Source of the DNA: a virus
Taxonomy: Duplodnaviria > Caudoviricetes
IMG/VR virus record: IMGVR_UViG_3300045284_000107
Coordinates: 10,101 to 74,100 of that record
DNA: 64,000 nt
Strand: one strand, 5' to 3'
Shown here: positions 8,580-17,056 of the stretch, one piece after another
Layout: every line of letters starts with the position of its first letter
Position numbering within the stretch: position 1 is the stretch's first letter
Position numbers and translations under genes: made by a program
Notes under the pieces: model-generated
What the model was told of the DNA's origin: nothing
The model's input: only the letters and a program-made list of their open reading frames with translations
The model's database searches: none

Positions 8580-9781
8580 AAATACTTCTATGCGGAGAGG
8601 CGTGGGGCCGAAACGAAAACGACTACAAACACGCATTTGTAGGTACAAGCGGCCAAGAACTGGCCCGCATGTGTGGGGAGGCTGGGATATGCCCTCCCCT
8701 GTCCCGCGAATGCCGCCACTGTAAGTCTCAGGTCCAATTCGGGCGCTGCGATCAATGCGGCACCTGGAACGGCGTCTCCTTTCTGGAAATGGTCCATTTC
8801 TGGGCCAAAACCAGAAACTCTGGCGTGGCCCTAAGTAACACCTTCAATGCCCACCCCGAAAAGGACAACATAGAACTGTTTTTCGACAACAAACTCGGCG
8901 ATGTATGCCTAGATTATCCGCCCTACAAGCGAGGCGCCAAAAATCTGTATGTTTTAAATCAATACTCCCACCACATAAAGCGTCTCCATGACGAAATAGA
9001 GGAAATGCGCCCAAACATCATAATCCCCCTCGGGAACACCGCCTGTTGGGCAATCCTGTCCCAGACTAAAATCTCAGATTTGCGCGGAACAGTACACCAG
9101 ACCAAATGGGACATAAAAGCCTTACCTACCTATCACCCCGCCGCACTTAGAGATTGGGCCTTGCGCCCCCTGATCGTATCCGATCTAAAAAAGGCAAATG
9201 AAGAAAGTCACAAACCCGGCATAACCCGAAACAAAGTCTGGATCAAGAAAAACCCCAATTTGGACGAAATCGAGGAATGGTTCTCCGTGCCTACGGCACG
9301 GTATTCCTGCGATATTGAAAGTGGGTTCGTCCTATACTCAAAGGCCGAATTGGGCCGCATGAAACAATACGCCCCAAAAGCGCGAAACATCCTCGCCCAA
9401 CTTATCTCTATGGTGGGTTTTGCCAGGGATGGAGAGCAGGGACTTGTAATCCCCTTCATGACCCGAAACCAAGACAATGGCCAACTAGAAAACTACTGGC
9501 CCAGCCCCTCACATGAAGTCCTAGCATGGAAATGGGTCCAACACGGACTTAGCAGCGGGGCAGAATTAGTCTTCCAAAACGGCCTCTATGATGTGAATAG
9601 ATTATTATGCAGCGGGATGCGCCCCAAAAACATGGCCCACGACACAATGCTCCTACACCACGCCCTTTTCCCCGAAATGCTCAAAGGCCTGGGTTTTCTA
9701 AATTCCATCTATGGCGACATGGGCGACTTTGGCTGGAAATCCATGTATGGAAAAGGCGAGTCACTAAAGAGGGATGACTAA
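8576..9781 (+). CDS. Family-4-like uracil-DNA glycosylase domain fused to the N-terminal part of the PolA 3'-5' exonuclease
   Basis: GEAWG..E...FVGTSG, IIPLGNTA, TYHPAA; then CDIESG (ExoI), FQNGLYD (ExoII), HDTMLLHH. Confidence 0.85.
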   Translation: MKILLCGEAWGRNENDYKHAFVGTSGQELARMCGEAGICPPLSRECRHCKSQVQFGRCDQCGTWNGVSFLEMVHFWAKTRNSGVALSNTFNAHPEKDNIELFFDNKLGDVCLDYPPYKRGAKNLYVLNQYSHHIKRLHDEIEEMRPNIIIPLGNTACWAILSQTKISDLRGTVHQTKWDIKALPTYHPAALRDWALRPLIVSDLKKANEESHKPGITRNKVWIKKNPNLDEIEEWFSVPTARYSCDIESGFVLYSKAELGRMKQYAPKARNILAQLISMVGFARDGEQGLVIPFMTRNQDNGQLENYWPSPSHEVLAWKWVQHGLSSGAELVFQNGLYDVNRLLCSGMRPKNMAHDTMLLHHALFPEMLKGLGFLNSIYGDMGDFGWKSMYGKGESLKRDD

Positions 9782-9783
9782 AA

Positions 9784-10122
9784 ATGTACAAAGTAACAAA
9801 TGAACTAACAGTAGCCCCATTGGGCACAGCACTCTTAAATATCCCAAATACCATCCTCTATCTAGGTTCTATGAGCCGGGCCAAATTCTATGCCGACATA
9901 CTGCCTCACCTAGAAACAATAAAAATAGGAAAACGAACTATGATTGTAAAAGAATCCATAGACAAGTTTATCAATGCACACCGGGTCGATCATATAGAAC
10001 CAAAAGCCAAATACATTGGCTGGACCTGCATGAACTGTGCAAAACCAGTCGCCGGCCCATATGCCAAATGCACCCATTGTGGCCACAAACCTCCAAGATC
10101 TTCACATGAAGGCCCACACTAA
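9784..10122 (+). CDS. Excisionase-like HTH protein with C-terminal zinc ribbon
   Basis: SMSRAKFY...IKIGKRTMIVKESIDKFI; CMNC...CTHCGH. Confidence 0.6.
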   Translation: MYKVTNELTVAPLGTALLNIPNTILYLGSMSRAKFYADILPHLETIKIGKRTMIVKESIDKFINAHRVDHIEPKAKYIGWTCMNCAKPVAGPYAKCTHCGHKPPRSSHEGPH

Positions 10123-10156
10123 AACCTACAATTTCCCGGCTCCAAGGACACACCCC

Positions 10157-10342
10157 ATGAAAAAAGGTAATTCCGACCTCGTAGACATATCGGGCGAAGT
10201 CCGCCACGAAACAGAAAAAGCCTATCTGTTTTACGATGGCAAGGACCAAGCCTGGATGCCCAAATCCCTATGCCAATGGGACGATCTAAACAAAATCATG
10301 ACCTGTCCAGAATGGATAGCCCTAGAAAAAGGCCTAATCTAA
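10157..10342 (+). CDS. Small hypothetical protein
   Basis: MKKGNSDLVDI...WMPKS...PEWIALEKGLI; AAGGA RBS; TAATG overlap with polA. Confidence 0.65.
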   Translation: MKKGNSDLVDISGEVRHETEKAYLFYDGKDQAWMPKSLCQWDDLNKIMTCPEWIALEKGLI

Positions 10343-11805
10343 TGCTCATTGCAGCCCACGAACAAAACCTAGATGATGGCGATCCCCAAATCTACAACGG
10401 ATTTGATTGTGTAAGAACCCACAAAATCCTAACGAAACTGCTGGACCTCCCCCAGTACGGACCCATTTACAATTTGGAACGGGGAATGCAAGGCCCCGTA
10501 ATGGAAATGATGTTGAGGGGATTTCTGATTGACCCGATGGAACGGGAGAACGCCGTTCAAGACATTAAAGCCAGACTTGAAGGCATCAGTAAGGTATTGG
10601 ACCTGTTGTCGTTCACCTTGTCGGATAACCCCCTGAACTACAACTCCCACAAGCAAATCAAAGAACTATTTTATGACTTGTTAAAGATACCCCCAATCGA
10701 GAAATCATTTAAGGGCGAAAAGAAAACCCCAATGAATGAAGAAACCCTAGAAAAATTGCGCCTAAAACACCCCTCAATTCGTCCTTTATGTGCGGCCATC
10801 CTATCCTGCCGCGACCTAAAAAAACAATTAGAAAAACTTCAGATGGAGGTCGATGATGACTGGCGCATACGAACCTCAATCAACATCGCCGGTACAAACG
10901 AAGGACGGTTCTCTAGTTCCAAGTCCTTTACCGGAACCGGCGGAAATATGCAAAATGTTACAGAAAGTGTCAGAAGAATGTTTATTTCGGACCCCGGATG
11001 GCGGCTATTTGGTATTGATAAAGAACAAGCCGAAAGCCGATGGGTCGGCCTATACTGCGGCATCCTATTTGACGATTGGTCCTATCTGGATGCGCTTCAG
11101 TCCGGAGATGGACATACGGCAGTTGCAAGAATGGTATGGGAAAAAGACCTCCCCTGGACCGGAAACCTCAAACAAGACCGCGAAATCGCAGACCGCCCCT
11201 TCGCAAAAGAAACCTATCGTCAATCGTGTAAGATCCTGGCTCACGCAACCAACATCCTGGGGCGGCCACCCACAATATCCATCCATACTGGCATACCTGT
11301 CAAATTGGTCAAAGACTTCCAAGACAAATACTTTTCGGCATTCCCCTGCATCCCAAAATACCACACCTGGCTCGCCCAACAACTCCAAACCAAACAATAC
11401 CTAACCAACATCTTTGGCAGACAGAGAGATTTCTTTGATCGGCCCGAAGCAGATGAAACCATAAGACAGGCGGCTGCATTTATGCAGGCCTCAAGTAACG
11501 CCGATGATATTAACTTGGGCTTGTGGCGCGTCTGGAAAAAGATGGGCCTTAGAGTACAACTCCTAACCCAAGAACACGACGCCATATATGGCCAATTTAA
11601 AAGCGACGATGACGAAAGAAACTTCATCGACACCGTACAAGAGCACCTAAAGGTAGAGATAGACTTGGGAACTCGCAAGTTCTCCGTCCCAACAGACGCA
11701 AAGACAGGCCGCAACAAAGGCTTACGGTGGAAAAATGGACAAGAAATCAACCCCTTTGGCCTCGACAAACCCTGCGCCCCGCGACCCAACTCCTACTACA
11801 CATAA
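10342..11805 (+). CDS. polA: Family A DNA polymerase (ExoIII motif plus polymerase domain)
   Basis: YNGFDC (ExoIII), TNEGRFSSS, GIDKEQAESR (motif A), RQSCKILAHATNILG (motif B), QEHDA (motif C). Confidence 0.92.
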   Translation: MLIAAHEQNLDDGDPQIYNGFDCVRTHKILTKLLDLPQYGPIYNLERGMQGPVMEMMLRGFLIDPMERENAVQDIKARLEGISKVLDLLSFTLSDNPLNYNSHKQIKELFYDLLKIPPIEKSFKGEKKTPMNEETLEKLRLKHPSIRPLCAAILSCRDLKKQLEKLQMEVDDDWRIRTSINIAGTNEGRFSSSKSFTGTGGNMQNVTESVRRMFISDPGWRLFGIDKEQAESRWVGLYCGILFDDWSYLDALQSGDGHTAVARMVWEKDLPWTGNLKQDREIADRPFAKETYRQSCKILAHATNILGRPPTISIHTGIPVKLVKDFQDKYFSAFPCIPKYHTWLAQQLQTKQYLTNIFGRQRDFFDRPEADETIRQAAAFMQASSNADDINLGLWRVWKKMGLRVQLLTQEHDAIYGQFKSDDDERNFIDTVQEHLKVEIDLGTRKFSVPTDAKTGRNKGLRWKNGQEINPFGLDKPCAPRPNSYYT

Positions 11806-11908
11806 GCCCAAAACACCCCGCTCACTACTAAAATATTGCTTCTACTGTGACGATAATACTTGTACGGGCGGACCATGCCCAAAATGTGGCCATCCAACAA
11901 GAGGCTAA
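11735..11908 (+). CDS. Small Cys-rich protein (57 aa, not in ORF track)
   Basis: MDKKST...KYCFYCDDNTCTGGPCPKCGHPTRG; overlaps the polA end and stops 5 nt before the next gene. Confidence 0.4.
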   Translation: MDKKSTPLASTNPAPRDPTPTTHKPKTPRSLLKYCFYCDDNTCTGGPCPKCGHPTRG

Positions 11909-11913
11909 CCCCT

Positions 11914-12165
11914 ATGTTAAAAATATCCTTCACCGGAAAGAAAGCTGGCAAACCCCTAAAAGGAATAGTTTTTGGCCTGTCCTACACAAACCTCGAACGA
12001 CTAAAAGATGGCCAACCCATCGTCATAAACGGTGACGAAGTAAGACTGCCGGGTTATGAGATCCTAATCTTTTCGGGGCCAACAGAACAATCTATGGCCC
12101 GCGAAATCCACGAACTTATAGGCCCCAATACCCAGGTCCATATAGACCCGCGCCTAAAGGACTAG
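11914..12165 (+). CDS. Hypothetical protein
   Basis: MLKISF...IVFGLSYTNLERLKDGQPI. Confidence 0.65.
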   Translation: MLKISFTGKKAGKPLKGIVFGLSYTNLERLKDGQPIVINGDEVRLPGYEILIFSGPTEQSMAREIHELIGPNTQVHIDPRLKD

Positions 12166-12167
12166 AA

Positions 12168-12629
12168 ATGATCTTACCAGCCCAAGAAATAAGACGTTTG
12201 AAAATTCTTGACCCATGCCTTGAACGGACCCAATTCAACGGTGTAAGTCATGGACTTGGCCCTGCTGGATATGACCTACGTATCGCCTCTGATATTCATC
12301 TTTGGCCTAGTTCTAGCGTTCGTGTCGATGCGATAGAAAAGTTTTCGATGCCCAACGACGTAATGGGATTTATCTTTTCCAAATCAACCTGGGCCAGACT
12401 TCACATTGAACATGCCACTACAGTTATAGAACCCGGTTGGCGCGGAACCCTAAGATTAGAAATCAACATGCACTTTGGCCCCGAACCTGTGAAGATCGCC
12501 GCAGGGACGGGCATCGCCCAAGTAGTATTCTTTCGCTTAGAAAGCCCTACAGATAACCCCTATGAGGGGAAATACCAGGACCAACTCGCCAATACAGACG
12601 CCCTATTCCTCAAAAACAACGGCCAATAA
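12168..12629 (+). CDS. dcd: dCTP deaminase / trimeric dUTPase family
   Basis: AGYDLRI, SKSTWAR, VIEPGWRGTLRLE, IAQVVF, YEGKYQDQ. Confidence 0.88.
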   Translation: MILPAQEIRRLKILDPCLERTQFNGVSHGLGPAGYDLRIASDIHLWPSSSVRVDAIEKFSMPNDVMGFIFSKSTWARLHIEHATTVIEPGWRGTLRLEINMHFGPEPVKIAAGTGIAQVVFFRLESPTDNPYEGKYQDQLANTDALFLKNNGQ

Positions 12630-12644
12630 AAAGGTCCATGTCCA

Positions 12645-13844
12645 GTGCCAGATTGGATCGACACCTTTGTAAGAGACACCGAGGGAATACAATCCCCTGA
12701 AAGTTTCAGACTTTGGACCGGCATAACTACCGTTGCCGGTGCCCTGGAACGCCGAGTGTGGACCGAGACGGACAAGGGACCACTATATCCAAATATGTTC
12801 ACCCTCTTATCAGGGGTTCCTGCCTCGGGCAAATCCCTGATGGTGGCCCAAGCCCGCAAATTCTGGATAGAAACCCGCGAAACCACCACCGAATACTTAC
12901 ACGTTGGTCCTGACAACCCCACAAAGAAATCATTCCTTGATGAACTGGAAAAATCCCAAAGAAATTCCCACGACGGCGCGGGAAAACCTACAATCTTCTG
13001 CGCCATGTCTATGGCCTGTAGTGAATTTTCCGTCCTCTTTTCCAAAGCAGAGAGTCAATTCTTCGGAGACATGACCTCCCTGTACGACAACCTCGACAAA
13101 TACACAGCGCCGAGGTCCACCACAAAATCCATAGATATTGACCGCCCAACAGTAAACATCCTTGCGGGTGTCACACCTGATTTCTTGGCCGACCTCCTAC
13201 CCGAGAGTGCGTGGGGCCAAGGCTTTACCTCCAGACTTTTATTTATATATGGCGCGAAAGTTGAAAACCCCAACCGTAATGTCTTCCAAAAGCGCCCCAA
13301 AGACAACCACGACATGCTCCAAATCGAACTCAATCGCATATTCAGAATTGCCGGCGAATTTCTATGGGAAGACGAGGCCCAAGAAGCCCTAAACCAATGG
13401 TTTGCAGAGGGACTTCCCCCCAAACCAGACTATGGCCGTTTATTACACTATGCTGGAAGACGTGAAGCCCATGTCCTAAAATTAGCCATGATAAGTGCAA
13501 TCTCATATCACCAAAGTCTTACCGTGACACTGGCGGATTTCCTGCGCGCAAAGAAATGGCTCTTAGACGCCGAAAAGACCATGCCAGATGTTTTCAAGGC
13601 CATGCGCCAACGCTCAGACTCACAACTCCTACAAGACCTCTACCAACACGTCTATGCCCTATGGTCCTCCGTTGTACATGAAAAGCGGCAACCCCTACCA
13701 GAAGAAGTCCTATGGGAATTTCTCACGGAACGCGCCCCTACGGATAGAATATCCCGCTTGATCGAGAGTGCCTACCGATCAGGCATCATCCGGCCCGGCA
13801 CAAAGCCCGGCACCTTTATCCCGCGCCCAAGAACTGAAACTTAG
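12645..13844 (+). CDS. DUF3987-family P-loop protein (probable replicative helicase)
   Basis: PESFRLW...LYPNMFTLLSGVPASGKS, SEFS, GQGFTSRLLFIY. Confidence 0.8.
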   Translation: MPDWIDTFVRDTEGIQSPESFRLWTGITTVAGALERRVWTETDKGPLYPNMFTLLSGVPASGKSLMVAQARKFWIETRETTTEYLHVGPDNPTKKSFLDELEKSQRNSHDGAGKPTIFCAMSMACSEFSVLFSKAESQFFGDMTSLYDNLDKYTAPRSTTKSIDIDRPTVNILAGVTPDFLADLLPESAWGQGFTSRLLFIYGAKVENPNRNVFQKRPKDNHDMLQIELNRIFRIAGEFLWEDEAQEALNQWFAEGLPPKPDYGRLLHYAGRREAHVLKLAMISAISYHQSLTVTLADFLRAKKWLLDAEKTMPDVFKAMRQRSDSQLLQDLYQHVYALWSSVVHEKRQPLPEEVLWEFLTERAPTDRISRLIESAYRSGIIRPGTKPGTFIPRPRTET

Positions 13845-13856
13845 GAAACCACAACA

Positions 13857-14417
13857 ATGATCTTAGGATTGTGCGGCCCCAAAGGCGTAGGCAAATCTAC
13901 CTTCGCCCGCGAACTGACCAAGGATTATGACTTTCGGCGCATCAGTTTTGCAGACCCCTTACGAGACATGCTGAGATCATTGCTGTATGCCCAAGAATGC
14001 CCCGAAGATGACACCGACCGAATACTTTACGGCGATCTAAAAGAAACCCCCAACTTTGACTATTTTATGGGCCGAACCCCCCGCTACATGCTCCAAACCC
14101 TAGGCACAGAATGGGGCCGCCTCTTGGTCGATGAATATTTCTGGGTCAACGTCCTAGTAACCACCGTTAAAAACCTCCAAACCCAAGCCAAGATCCAAAA
14201 CTTCGTAGTGGACGACATGCGGTTCAAATCGGAGGCCAAAGAACTAAAAGTAATAGGCGCCAAACTTATCCTAATAGAACGCGACGGCTATCTACCAGGC
14301 GAACACCTATCCGAACAAGAATACCTAGAAATCAAACCCGACTTTAAAATCAAAAACTCCAAAGATCCCTCCTATATGATCGAACAACTAAAAGCCGCCA
14401 ACTTCCCCAACTTATAA
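13857..14417 (+). CDS. Deoxynucleoside monophosphate kinase
   Basis: GLCGPKGVGKST, SFADPLR, TPRYMLQTLGTEWGR, VVDDMRF. Confidence 0.9.
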   Translation: MILGLCGPKGVGKSTFARELTKDYDFRRISFADPLRDMLRSLLYAQECPEDDTDRILYGDLKETPNFDYFMGRTPRYMLQTLGTEWGRLLVDEYFWVNVLVTTVKNLQTQAKIQNFVVDDMRFKSEAKELKVIGAKLILIERDGYLPGEHLSEQEYLEIKPDFKIKNSKDPSYMIEQLKAANFPNL

Positions 14418-14419
14418 AA

Positions 14420-14827
14420 ATGAACTTACGAGAAGCCCTAATGTACGATGTCTTATGCACCCTTTTGCATAGATTATCGGGCACCTTAGCCGAGGAGTGG
14501 GTCGCCCCAAATCCTCGCGCCTCAGAACAAGCCGCCATGTCCCAATACGAGGGCGGCCTCTGCGATCTAATCTTCTGCACCCTGCAACTTGTTGATAAGG
14601 ACTTAGAAAATGGGACCACAGACCCCCAGCGCCGACCGCCTCCACGCAATGAAATACCGCTCACCGGGCGAAGACTTCCGCGAAAGTATGAACCGGGTAG
14701 CATTTGGCTTAAAAGATTCGGACAACCACTACCACAAAACACGAGAAATTTTACTGGATCAACGGTTCCTTCCCGGTGGGCGCATCCAGTCGGCCATAGG
14801 ATCTTCCAAACACGTTACAAGCCATAA
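14420..14827 (+). CDS. Hypothetical protein (3' part overlaps nrdJ)
   Basis: Fills the 190-nt gap but overlaps the RNR gene by about 220 nt. Confidence 0.3.
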   Translation: MNLREALMYDVLCTLLHRLSGTLAEEWVAPNPRASEQAAMSQYEGGLCDLIFCTLQLVDKDLENGTTDPQRRPPPRNEIPLTGRRLPRKYEPGSIWLKRFGQPLPQNTRNFTGSTVPSRWAHPVGHRIFQTRYKP

Positions 14828-16346
14828 CTGCTACGTCTCGGGCACCATTTCGGACTCATTTGTGGAGGGTCCAGGCTCCATAATGGACCGCGCAAAAGAA
14901 GCTGCCGCAACTATGCGTATGGGTGGAGGAATAGGCTATGACTTCTCAACTCTACGTCCGCGCGGAGAATTGGTGGCTAAACTACAAAGTCAATCCTCAG
15001 GACCAGTATCTTTCATGCATATCTTCGACGCTGTATGTCTTGCCACCGCGTCATCAGGGCACAGGCGAGGTGCTCAGATGGGCATCCTACGTATCGACCA
15101 TCCAGACATCGAGGAATTTATCCACGCTAAAAACAACCGGGATAAGCTCATTGGATTTAACATCAGCGTGGCCGTAACCGACGCCTTCATGGAGGCCATG
15201 AACAAAGGGGAAGAATTTCCCCTACAATGGAACGGCAAAAACTACCGCTATGTAGACGCGCGCGAATTGTGGGAAAACTTAATGCGCTCTACTTGGGACT
15301 GGGCCGAACCCGGAGTGGTGTTTATCGACACCATTAACAAAATGAACAATCTGTACTATTGTGAGACAATTGCAAGTACAAACCCCTGTTCTGAACAGCC
15401 CCTCCCGCCCTACGGTGCATGTCTATTGGGCAGTTTCAACCTTGTAAAGTATCTTTCGCGCGGTCCCGTCCCGGTAGGTCAAAGTCCCTGGACCTTTGAC
15501 ACTGAACTTCTCATCCACGACATTGCCCCAATCGTGCGCGCCCTAGACAATGTAATTGACAAAACCAGATACCCCCTAGCAGAACAACGCGCCGAAGCCA
15601 TGACAAAAAGAAGAATGGGAATTGGCATCACTGGTCTGGCAAACACCGCCGAAGCAATGGGTTACGTCTATGGCTCCCCCGAGTTCTGCACATTTGAATT
15701 GGGAATCCTCAATACCATAAATCGCGGGGCCTATCTCGCAAGTGCAGAATTGGCCGAGGAAAAAGGCCCGTTCCCACTATTCGACAGTGACAGGTACTTG
15801 GCAGGGGAATACGTCAAGGGCCTCGACGAGGAGGTGCGCCGAAAAATAAAAACTTGTGGAATGCGTAACTCCCACCTAACAAGTATAGCCCCGACCGGCA
15901 CAATCTCGTTGTGTGCCGACAATGTATCGTCCAGTATTGAACCCGTATTTGCCTACCGGCAAGAGCGGCCAATCAATACGCCTACGGGTCAGGCGATTGA
16001 AACCCTGGAGGACTACGGCTCCAAGTTCTTAAACATCAAAGGCAAACTTGCCAGTGATGTTACCGCTCAGGAACATTTGAACGTCTTGTTGACAGCTCAG
16101 AAGTACCTGGACTCGGCGGCATCCAAAACCATCAACATGGATGGCCGCAAAATGCCCTGGGAAGACTTCAAAAAAATCTACCAGACCGTATGGGAAAAAG
16201 GCGGTAAGGGCTGTAGTACATTCAACATTGCAGGAAAGCGCGGCGCGTTGTTATCAGAGGCTGAACCCGATGACATAGAAGTTGTCATAGACGAATACGA
16301 CATGTGCGAAATAGATCCTCTTACGGGGCGGCGTAACTGTGAATAA
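14610..16346 (+). CDS. nrdJ: Class II (adenosylcobalamin-dependent) ribonucleotide reductase
   Basis: FLPGGR, NCYV, TNPCSEQPL, IAPTGTISL, SKTIN, C-terminal CEIDP...CE; no NrdB gene present. Confidence 0.9.
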   Translation: MGPQTPSADRLHAMKYRSPGEDFRESMNRVAFGLKDSDNHYHKTREILLDQRFLPGGRIQSAIGSSKHVTSHNCYVSGTISDSFVEGPGSIMDRAKEAAATMRMGGGIGYDFSTLRPRGELVAKLQSQSSGPVSFMHIFDAVCLATASSGHRRGAQMGILRIDHPDIEEFIHAKNNRDKLIGFNISVAVTDAFMEAMNKGEEFPLQWNGKNYRYVDARELWENLMRSTWDWAEPGVVFIDTINKMNNLYYCETIASTNPCSEQPLPPYGACLLGSFNLVKYLSRGPVPVGQSPWTFDTELLIHDIAPIVRALDNVIDKTRYPLAEQRAEAMTKRRMGIGITGLANTAEAMGYVYGSPEFCTFELGILNTINRGAYLASAELAEEKGPFPLFDSDRYLAGEYVKGLDEEVRRKIKTCGMRNSHLTSIAPTGTISLCADNVSSSIEPVFAYRQERPINTPTGQAIETLEDYGSKFLNIKGKLASDVTAQEHLNVLLTAQKYLDSAASKTINMDGRKMPWEDFKKIYQTVWEKGGKGCSTFNIAGKRGALLSEAEPDDIEVVIDEYDMCEIDPLTGRRNCE

Positions 16347-16536
16347 AAAAGACGAACCCCTCTACCGTCGCACGGCCCGCCTAAAAAGGCGTAAGTGCCA
16401 CAAAGGACATTCCCGCCACAATGCCTTCGTTGAAATAGACCACCGAACGGGGGGCATAAGATTACGGTGCCGCACTTGCCACCGCGAACGCCTAAAAAAA
16501 TACCACTCGGAAGGAAAACTCTACCGCTATGTCTAA
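16339..16536 (+). CDS. Small basic Cys/His protein
   Basis: KCHKGH...RCRTCHRE, like the small C-terminal domain of phage NUMOD4-HNH proteins. Confidence 0.5.
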   Translation: MNKKDEPLYRRTARLKRRKCHKGHSRHNAFVEIDHRTGGIRLRCRTCHRERLKKYHSEGKLYRYV

Positions 16537-16654
16537 ATGGAGGACTTCCCATGACCTGTGCCCAACTACGATGTCAAAGTATCGTCTACTGGGCCTGGCA
16601 CAACGGCCGTATTGATTATTATCCCCACACCCTCAACCGTATGGGACACAAAAA

Positions 16655-16858
16655 ATGTTGGAAAAGGTTGTCTCCGCCCTCGAAAATGACCTCAACACTT
16701 CCCTCGCGATTACCCACCTCAACTCCCTTGCCAAGCAAATTATGGTCGAGACTGACCCGCAAAAACTATGGGAATTAAAGGTACAACTTTTGGCGGGCAT
16801 GAAATTGTTAGGACTGGAACCAAAATCCATTGGCGGGAATGGGAAGTCTCGTCCGTAA
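16655..16858 (+). CDS. Stand-alone DALR-like domain of cysteinyl-tRNA synthetase type
   Basis: ALENDLNTSLAITHLNSLAK...LLAGMKLLGL resembles the CysRS A(M/L)DDDLNT..A...L..LA...LLGL pattern. Confidence 0.6.
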   Translation: MLEKVVSALENDLNTSLAITHLNSLAKQIMVETDPQKLWELKVQLLAGMKLLGLEPKSIGGNGKSRP

Positions 16859-16944
16859 TGGCCAGCGATCGAGTGGTAAATCCCACCCGCAGCCACACTT
16901 CCTCACTCTAACCCTACGGGCGGCGCAATGGACTGGCCCCCCAT

Positions 16945-17056
16945 TACACATAAGTCCAAATTATGTGTAGGCTGAGAGCTTACAGCTTGTAAGTCCTGAG
17001 TTTCGGCGGCTTGGTATCCCTGGGAACCCCAAACTCTCAGGGAGATACCAATTTTT
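16945..17056. terminator. Hairpin cluster where the two transcription blocks converge
   Basis: TACACATAA/TTATGTGTA (16945-16969); TTGGTATCCCTG...CAGGGAGATACCAA followed by TTTTT (17011-17056). Confidence 0.5.

Noticed and set aside
9784-10122. Excisionase as evidence of lysogeny
   Set aside because: No integrase, repressor or att site in the window; this HTH fold is common in lytic phages
9782-10341. Intron or intein interrupting polA
   Set aside because: Two ordinary coupled ORFs; no splice-junction residues or endonuclease; both pol halves have proper stop and start
10342-11805. DpoZ / Z-genome or other hypermodified-base pathway
   Set aside because: No PurZ, queuosine-pathway or hydroxymethylase gene recognised in the window
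16860-16940. tRNA-Cys-like look (GGCCAG...GAGTGGTA...CTGGCC) beside the CysRS-like ORF
   Set aside because: No TTCGA T-loop, no anticodon stem and no CCA; tRNAscan or ARAGORN would settle it
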